This document shows positions 55,151 to 64,000 of a DNA stretch of 64,000 nucleotides, in pieces. The notes below the pieces were generated by a model. That model searched no databases and was not told the DNA's origin. It worked only from the letters and a program-made list of their open reading frames with translations. The DNA is taken from the NCBI GenBank assembly GCA_012295275.1, contig CM022670.1, positions 34,968,001 through 35,032,000 on the forward strand, written 5' to 3'. This DNA is from Chrysomallon squamiferum (lineage: Eukaryota > Animalia > Mollusca). Positions within the stretch are counted from its first letter, which is position 1; every line of letters starts with the position of its first letter. Made by a program: the position numbers and the translations under genes.

Positions 55151-55580
55151 GTAAAGATTCAAACTAATAATAATATTATTTAAATAATTTCATATAGCAA
55201 TACCGAGTACGACAATGAACTAAAAACGTACAAAATAGGGAGAAATACCCCATTATAAATAATAATGATAATTACATTATATTAGGATAATATTTATATT
55301 CATATCATAATTATATTGTCACAAAATAATTATTTTCTGTGCAACTCACAACTGTGTTAATGCATTGTTAAATATCTATGTATGTATTATAATTATTGTA
55401 TCCTATTTAAAAGTATTTTCGATGTACCGCAAAATAAATAGATCAAACAATAGTAATCATGAAAATTGCAACAGTAGTAAAATTAATAATTTTTAGAATA
55501 ATACCGTGTTCATTTATATAAATTTTTTAAAACTATTTTAAATATCCATTAATCTTTGTACTCTGTTACTGTGTTAGATT

Positions 55581-55641
<61 letters not shown>

Positions 55642-55941
55642 TTGATGTTCTGGTTTCATGAACAATTGACAAAACGGGTTTTCAGATCAGATACAAATTG
55701 ACGAAATGTTTCAAATGTCATCTACTGTTACATATAAAATATGCATTTATATCAGATTGAAAATATTCACTGTTGGAATACATGCAGTTTGAATTTGAAA
55801 AAAAACCAAAACAACAACAGTGAAATAATTAGCAAATGACGTTTTTAGTGAAAAAAAGATAAAAGAAAAGATGATTTTTTCTGATTTAATGTTTATTTAA
55901 ACGTCTGTTTTGTCTATTTGATTAGGATAATCTCTGTCAGC

Positions 55942-56446
55942 ATGGATGGAGAGATATTTTCTTCCTCAGTGGCTTCCTGTAATTCTACAGACAATGAGAC
56001 ATATCCTGTGTCTGTTGGCTACATAGGAGCTGCAGTGTCTGTCTTGTTTTATGCTAGCAACTTTGTACCTGTGATGAAATTTGAAATCGGAGATGGTAAC
56101 CATTAAAACTTATTTTTTAATACTTAGTAATAATACTGTATGTGGAATTTATCATTACTTAATTAATACTCATTATGCAATCTTCAGTTGTTACAAATGA
56201 AATTTTTAGCATTTAATAGTGATGTCTGATTTTTATTATATATGATAGCAAAATTTTTATATATAGATGAACAAATTATTAGGTTTAAAGACAAACTTCA
56301 TATTAGAATAATATTCAAATAGAATTAAAAAAATAATTGCCAACTCTTTGCTATTACATCACTGCTATAGTGTAAGTGTTAAGAAGAGGATCACTTGAAG
56401 ATTAAAGATTAGAATAGTTTTAATATTAAATTATTATTTTTCAAGA

Positions 56447-56533
<87 letters not shown>

Positions 56534-56668
56534 TATTTTTTTATTAGGCAATTTTTTTCCAGTGGATTCTCTGTAGTGCTATTCTTCTGGTTGGCATGAT
56601 TATTCAAGCTGTATGCAGATCAACGTTCTACCCGTTTGTCATGATTGGAGGAGCTGTGTATGCCGTTG
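55942..56668 (+). pseudogene. TMEM144: TMEM144 5' fragment (two coding exons, frameshifted, 3'-truncated)
   Basis: Exon 55942-56095 encodes …GYIGAAVSVLFYASNFVPVMKFEIGDG. Exon 56548-56668 encodes (I)FFQWILCSAILLVG…FYPFVMIGGAVYAVG, but is 121 nt with one extra base giving GNFFPVDSL*. About 110 bp later the sequence switches to duplicated torsin 3' flank. Confidence 0.8.
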
Positions 56669-57486
56669 GTCAGTATTATTACTTGTTTTGTAGAAAATAC
56701 TATTTCGTAAATTTATGGATATGGTATCTGATAGGTCAGAAAACTTCAGTGATGTAAACAGAAAATTAAATCTAAATACTATTACACCTGTATGGTCTTT
56801 TAGATTAACAATTTTATTTCATTAAACAAAACAACTTTTATTTAATAATTCACTTATATTGCAAGGCAGGATTTCTTGGTCACTGATAGTGGGTTTAGAG
56901 AAATATATTCTTAACAGATTATATTCAGATTCTTCCATTGTGTGTACACACATGCTGGAGAACATTGATGTAACAACAGATTTAGAAACATGAGTAAGGT
57001 GCATTGCATGAACTTTCAGTATGTTAGTAATATATTTGATTCTTATGACTGAACATAGAGCATTGCTGTATATATAATATGATTTCAGTATATTTGTAAT
57101 ATGATATTTAATTCTTACGATCAAACACAGAACACTTTAATGTGGTAGTAATATCAATAACGATATTTAATTCTTACAACTGAATTGATACAACACACTC
57201 TGTCTGATGGGTTTGTCTACCACTCCAAAGATATTAAATGTTTTAAATTGGATAAATTATAGTTTCATTTTATCAGCCAAATTTGTTCATTATAAATCAT
57301 TTTTCATCTTCATGATAAGTTTTATGACTTTTATAAGTAGCATAAATATTTTAGTTTGCAAGTAAATGCAGGAAACAGATATTAAACATTCAAAATAATA
57401 TAACTGAGTTTCAAAATTCCCAGTTTTATGGTAAAACATATTAAAGTATATGCAGCTAGCAATGACAAAAGAGTCCTTTTCATAAA

Positions 57487-59891
57487 CTAAATTTTATCCA
57501 TCATAATATAGTCCACTTTTTCTGGTACTCTTTTGCAACCACCCACTGAAAATGCTAGAGTGTCTTTAGGATAAAATGTTAATTCTTTCAAAATGCTATT
57601 AACTAGTTCTTGTCCAATGTGACTCTTTTCAATGAAGTATTTCCTCCTGACTAGTTCATCACTGATACATTCTTTTACATGTGTCTTGGTGAGTGGTAGG
57701 AACGGGATAAAAGCTGTTATGAGATGTTTTGTGATGAGCTCACTGTGCCACAAGCCACCTGTAGTAGAAAGATATGCAGATATTATTTCAAAAGATTATG
57801 TATCACATACACACACACACATATACATACACATACATACATATTACCTAGACATATTTATACTTACATCTATACACATGCACATATATGCCTCTGTGTG
57901 TTAGCACACATACACACACACACACATAATTATTACGAAGAAAACTCTTAGTTTAAGTAACAATATTTCCAAAATATCTAAAATAATTACCAAAAATACT
58001 ACTAATAAATCAATATTAATAATCATTTTTTTCTTAATTACGTAGCATTTTAAAATAAATAGAACAGTGTATAAAATTTGGTAATCTTAAATTCATTGTA
58101 TAACTCAACAATCAAAATAAATATACATCTGTAGAAAGAGGTATGAATGTATATTGTATTAGAACTGACTATTTCATTTTGTTTTGTTCTTGCCCTCCAA
58201 ACTTATTAATGAAGTGTAACAACAAAAGAGTACAGTTTAAAAATACTTGGGTGTAGTAATTTTTCTATGATGTTATCAGAACCATGGCAGACAGATTTGC
58301 TCTAAAAACATGTTTTTACCTCTATTTTTGTTCAATGTTATCAGAAACAATACTTGTGTCTGACCCCAATGTCTGCAAGTGACATCATTGATTACCAGAT
58401 ATACCAGAGTTCAAATCGTTTGTGATGGTATCATTTTATTATTGTACTTTATTATAAATGATGACCGCATATCTAAAATGAAACAATAATTGAAAGTGTA
58501 AAGAATTTTGTGAAAATGACACAAGGTAAACTCTAATGAAAACAAAACTGGACTGACTTCTAGAGTTCACAGCTGATGTCAGGATGACATTTTCCATGTC
58601 TGACAATTTGATGTCTTCTCGATTGCGTCCCTCGTCCCAGTATTTTTGTGTTAATTCTATTATCTGTTGACCTGCTGTATTACTGCAAAACAAGAACCCA
58701 AATATGAAACAACAAATGCATACAAGTGATAACTCAAAATTCAGGAAAACAAATACCTCCAAGTTATGACTCAACATTTCTTTGACAAATTAATCCCCTA
58801 CATCATAAGAACAACACACTTATAAAACATTTAATAGTACTGCATAAGGTACACTTGAATAGCTTTAACAATCAACATGTAATAATATATGCAGTTTCTA
58901 ATGACTAATGTAACCAAATAATAACTACATTTGGTATACACATTATATAATTCTAAATTTAAATATAAAAATGCAGACAAGTGAGAACTTAATTAGGAAA
59001 TAGTTTGGAAATATTAAATAAATTGTCATAATATCAGTATATACAAAAATAGTAATTTATTTTGTTTTTGGAGTTCTACATCATAATGTATTGTTTGTAA
59101 GTAATAACTAAACCAGGTATTCTTAGCAAAGAATATTATTAATATTAAACAAAATTAATTCCTAAAGTCCTATTTGAATAACAAATATACACACATCAAA
59201 ACCTGAACCCATTAACTTTCTAATAAGATTAATAATAGAAACAAGTAGTAATTCAATTACATTCATGGCCATAACTACATTGAGGCAAATGTCTCATATA
59301 AAAACTGACAAATTGTTTTTAACTATACAAAGATTTTATTTAAAAATATAAAATAAAAATCTCTATTCCGACAGACACAAAATCCACTTTCAAGTCAAAA
59401 CCTGTGGGTCCTTAGGCAGCCCAAATTGTTTTGCTCAGTTCCATTCTGTGATGAAGTGTTTTTTGCCTCATTTCAAAAAGAATCTAGTTACTGCCATGAC
59501 ATAGACTGTAGACATGAACAGATATGTTGTTGCATTTATCAGATTAAGTACAAATACACTTTATGCATTAATTATGCTGATTTGATACAAAAATAATTAG
59601 CAACATTTTTTTATATATTTAAAAAGTCTGTATCTTAAGAATGAAATAGTAGGATTATAAATATATCTTTTACACTGAAATATCAAATTCTCAGATTAAA
59701 TCTTTGATTAATTACCTTAAAAACAGGAAGATTGCCTTTTTATAGTCAACACCCCCAAGCTGGTCATAATAATCTAAATAAGGCTTGATGGTGTCTATCA
59801 AGCCACGTGGCATTTTGTCCATTTCATCAAAAATGAACATACTATAAGGACACTCAGTGACATTGCCCTCTATCCAGCTTCGAAGTTGATC
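57487..59891 (-). CDS. TOR1A: Torsin family AAA+ ATPase, copy 2 (partial: exons 3-5; exons 1-2 predicted beyond the window end)
   Basis: Exons 59891-59716, 58682-58558, 57758-57487 have the same boundaries as copy 1, intact frames and splice sites, FIFDEMDK and GCK retained. Intron 2 homology continues to 64000. Confidence 0.9.
59264..59498. mobile_element. MITE in torsin intron 3 (shorter counterpart at 52450-52560 in copy 1)
   Basis: TIRs CATGGCCATAACTA / TAGTTACTGCCATG plus the inner inverted motif TGAGGCAAA / TTTGCCTCA. Confidence 0.6.
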
Positions 59892-60222
59892 CTGAAATAA
59901 TGGAATATTTTTCTTTTTCAGCAGTGATGATAAAATGAATTCAAAACATAATTCACAGATAAATCTAATTATGTATGTTTATACTGATTGCAAAGGACCA
60001 AAACACAATTTATATTGTTGCCAAGGTTATATTGCTTTGGTTTTTATTAAGGCAATTTCCATGGGAAACATTGTAACAAACACTAAAAGTTTTACATAAT
60101 CTGTGTCCATTGATAATGAGTAATTCACATCAAAAATTCTTTTTTGTTTATTTATATTATATGACAAAAATTGAAAAAGAATTTTTGAGTTAAACATTTT
60201 TTGTTACAAAGTTATCATAAGT

Positions 60223-63192
60223 TATCATTCCGTGTCAAATCACCCAATGGGTTAAACCCGACCGTCTCGGATCATTAAATAAGGGAGAACCTTGTATACA
60301 ACAAATGGCCGATTACTGGTAGCTGCAACAAATTGCTATTTTCAGCAATAAAACTCCATATAAAAGTTACAGGTATACTTTTTATCTGATATACATTAAT
60401 TAAGATTAATTAATAGTCATTCTATGTCATCCCCCCAAAACAAAAAATATTTTAAACCCGACTGTACTCAGATTTTTATGAAACTTTGAAATACTTGTTG
60501 ATTGGGATTCCACAGCACCAAATCCAAAATTTTAGGCCAATCAGACCAGTGGTTTTGGAAATATGTACCCCCGCCCCTGAATTTTGCGATTTTCGGCCAA
60601 AATGGACATGACTACCAACCTTTGAACCCTCATATCTCAGGAACTACTAGGCCAATCTTCATAAAATTGGTATTGTTGAAATGACCGTGAGATGATCTTT
60701 TTTTCAAATTTAATTTCCCACATGTTAACCATAACATATACAATTTTTAGAGGTGTATTTGAATTTATATATATTTTTTTAATTAGCCACAATATAGATT
60801 TTAAAAATGCACGGATGATTGAAACAATGCATTACAATGTACATTTTCTACATGTATACACTTCTCTGAGACCCAAAACTCATCTTTGGAGTCAAAATCC
60901 ACTTCACATGTCTGAAGGAATGCCTAAAGGATGTGAAAAGTGGTCAAATGGCACGACATGTTCTACACAATCAGGCCCAAAGGGTGAACAGGAAGTGTGG
61001 CTTCAGGCATGTCGAAAACTCCTTGAAATCCCTATTGAGCACATGGCAATTAGAAGATTCTCCTACTAATTCTTCTACTACTAGGCCTATTCCCACTACC
61101 TTTTGTTCCTAACTATTTCTACTAATACTACATCTTCTACTGACACTATTATCAGTGATGCTACGTTTGGTACTAGTAGTTACTTCCAGTACTGCTATTA
61201 TCCCTCTAGGCTCCTGTTATTATCTGCACCTCTACCACCACTACTACTACTACTACTATCACCACCAGTACTTCTACCATTACTATTGTTACTGATGGTG
61301 CTATTAGTACTTTTATTATTAGAACTACTACTTTCACCATCATCACCACCACTGCTGCTTTTATTATCACAAATACTGTTACTATCTCTACTACTACTAG
61401 CATCACCATTATATCAACTACTACAATAGTTATTTTTTATTTTTCTACTTCTACTGACACTACATCTTCTACTAACAGCACTATAATCCTATCACTTTTT
61501 CTAGTATTACTAATTATACTAACACTCCCTCTACATTACTATTATATCTCCTTCTATCTATTGCCATTGAGATTACTTCCACGATTTCTACTACTACCTG
61601 TAGCATTATTATTATTATTATCATCATCATCATCATCATCATCATCAGTTATTACTGGCAGTAGTAGTAATAATAATAGTACTACTACTAGAATACAAAT
61701 ACTTCTACGGGTTTTACAAGACTGATACTTCTAGAACTACAACTTTTACTGTTATTACTTCAAATACTATTATATCTAATATAAGAATAGTGGAACATTT
61801 ACCAGTACTATGACCGCAATATTTTAAAGTAATACAGTGATTATGCCTGAGATAAAACTAGTCTGAAGATCAATTCAGTTCACTGTGCTATTTTGTGACA
61901 CTGATGGCTGTGCTGGACCGTACAAAAATAAGAACAATTTTGAAGAAGACTTTGGTTTGGAAGGTAAATGTAACTTTTTTGCGACGAGCCATGGCAAAGG
62001 TGCCTGTGATGGAATTTGATTGGGGGATGGTGAAGAGGTTGCTGACAAAGGCCAGTTTTGCAGCATCCCTACACAGACCCAGTCCTGACCAGTGAGGCTA
62101 TCATGGACTTCTGCATCAAGAGTATTCCAGGTATTCACTTTTTCAACATCACACCAGAACACAACAAAGCAGGAGTTGGAACTACAAGGGAGGTTTCAAG
62201 TGGCCAAAACGGTCAAGGAATAACAGCAATTTCACCGGTTAGTTCCAGTGTCTAAGTCAAAGACGCTTGTCTACAAGCTGACCCTTCAGTGACCACCAGA
62301 ACTAGTATTTTCAGCATTCTGAGGATGGTATGACAGAGTTACCAGATGAGTCAAGAATCAAAACTATATTTGTTGTCTGTATGACAATGAGGCATGGGTT
62401 GGGCTAGTTGAGGACATTTCAGAAGAGCATGGTGATTTCTTCATTCGTTTCAAGCACCCTCACAGACCTTCTAAGTTATTTCACTGACCAAACGAAGAAA
62501 ACACTTGTTGGATTACTGAAGGGGATATCTTCTGTGTCATTGATACACCTTCTATTGCATCTTCTCGACGGATGTACTCTCTGCATAAAAAGGATGGTGC
62601 AATTCTGTGACTGCTGAACTGGTGAGAAGGCAACGAGGGAAGTAGTTTGATATCATATGAACATAACATGTAGGCCTACAATGTATTACTCGGTAATCAT
62701 GAGAGATGGTGATTCCTAGAATCAGGAATTGGTCATTCAGGTTTTAGCTAATCAGATGTTAATGGCAGAAAAGGTGTTATTTTCATGGACATGCAGTTAT
62801 TGAATGTGTATTGCTGCTAAACAAATAACACTACAGCTCTGAATCTTTTATATGTTTTAGATAACATGTGAGAGATTAAATATCAAGAATGTTCATCTCA
62901 TAGTAATGTGATCCACAAGGCTTATGTACCCCCAACATTCTCCAAACTGAAACCTTGGTCCAGTAGTTCCTGAGATATGAGGGTTCAAAGATTGGTGGTC
63001 ACACCCATTTTGACCGAAAATCTCAAGAAACGGTGGACCATATCTTCCAAACCACTGGTCTGATTGGCTTAAATTTTCGGATTTGGTGCTGTGGGATCCC
63101 AATCAACAAGTATTCCAACCAAGTTTCATAAAAATCTGAGTACAGTCGGGTTTAAAATATTTTTTGTTTTGGGGGGATGACATAGAATGACT
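60223..63192 (+). mobile_element. Decayed Sola2-like DNA transposon with long TIRs in torsin copy 2 intron 2
   Basis: Inverted repeats ~60415-60655 / ~62953-63192. Transposase relics at ~61898-62600 read TDGCAGPYKNKNNF…NFFATSHGKGACDGI/GMVKR…IPGIHFF and YDNEAWVGLVEDISEEHGDFFIRFKHP…CWI, with stops and frameshifts. Absent from the copy 1 intron. The family was assigned from recalled motifs. Confidence 0.8.
61065..61770. repeat. Degenerate (TAC/CAT)n low-complexity tract inside the transposon
   Basis: Direct reading; explains ORFs 61103..61429 and 61206..61409. Confidence 0.85.
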
Positions 63193-64000
63193 ATTAATTA
63201 ATCTTAATTAATGTATATCAGATAAAAAGTATACCTGTAACTTTTATATGGAGTTTTACTGCTGAAAATAGCAATTTGTTGCAGCTACCAGTAATCGGCC
63301 ATTTGTTGTATACAAGGTTCTCCCTTATTTAATGATGTGGTAAACACATTTTGTTTATGGTTATATTAGTGACAGATATGTAGTTAAGGACAACATTTCC
63401 TTTAATTTTTTCTTTCTTAACATAACGTTTGATGCTTTAAGCAAAAATGGAAATGCATAGTGAAAAAAACTTGTATTTTGTAAATGAAAATGAGAGACAA
63501 TATTTTGATATGTGCGTCACCAATGTAGTGATTTCCTATCAGAGGTAACACTCGTTAATGATCATTCAGATAATGAGAGAAAAAAACTCACTGCTGCCAT
63601 TTCTTCAGCTACTGTTTCTTGATAATAGTACTACATACCAGAGTATTTGTTAAAGCACTAAGATGTAAAATGGCAAGAAAAATTGATCTGATGATCGAGT
63701 GCACTTTGAGGAGAATGAAATAGTCCTGCTTCCTCCTCTCTAGGAATGAACTTTCTTTCAGTGTGTAAGATGTATGCAGACACACTAACAATGCAGGAGT
63801 ATAGCCACTAGACCCTCAGTTATCCTTACATAAATCAAGTTATTTTTATACTGTACTTTATAAACTACATCTGGGTTTTCTGATTGTTTCGGTATCACGA
63901 TTAAAATACTGCAATAATGTCTCTTAACACATCATATTTCCAAAAGTAATCCATCTTTGGGACTTATTTCTTCATTCATTGAACATTCTGAAGATGCTAC

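Noticed and set aside
1-64000. tRNA, rRNA, snRNA genes or prokaryotic-type systems
   Set aside because: No recognisable cloverleaf, rRNA, snRNA or operon-like features were seen by eye; a covariance-model scan (Infernal/tRNAscan-SE) would be needed to exclude small RNAs.

Overview
AT-rich, microsatellite-dense eukaryotic DNA with spliceosomal GT-AG introns. It is probably from an invertebrate; lophotrochozoan/mollusc is only an inference. Manual splicing gives: (1) a complete 10-coding-exon SLC7 heteromeric amino-acid transporter light chain (+, 5729-16456, 478 aa) with unusual binding-site residues; (2) a transthyretin/5-hydroxyisourate hydrolase (HIUase)-family gene not resolved by the ORF track (+, ~22782-24692), which keeps the TTR/HIUase intron positions but has lost all HIUase catalytic residues - the best novelty candidate; (3) an orphan micro-exon gene (+, ~25406-29137) in the left arm of a ~9 kb inverted duplication whose right arm holds a decayed copy and a FLYWCH/MULE transposase relic; (4) a complete 16-exon PIBF1/CEP90 (+, 35860-46931, 773 aa); (5) a tandem duplication with one complete torsin (-, 50788-54731, 345 aa), a truncated, frameshifted TMEM144 fragment (+), and a second torsin (-, 57487 to beyond the window end) whose intron carries a decayed Sola2-like transposon with a recent inverted junction duplication. 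Most other listed ORFs are simple-repeat artefacts. All models and alignments were made by eye and from recalled family sequences; no searches were run.
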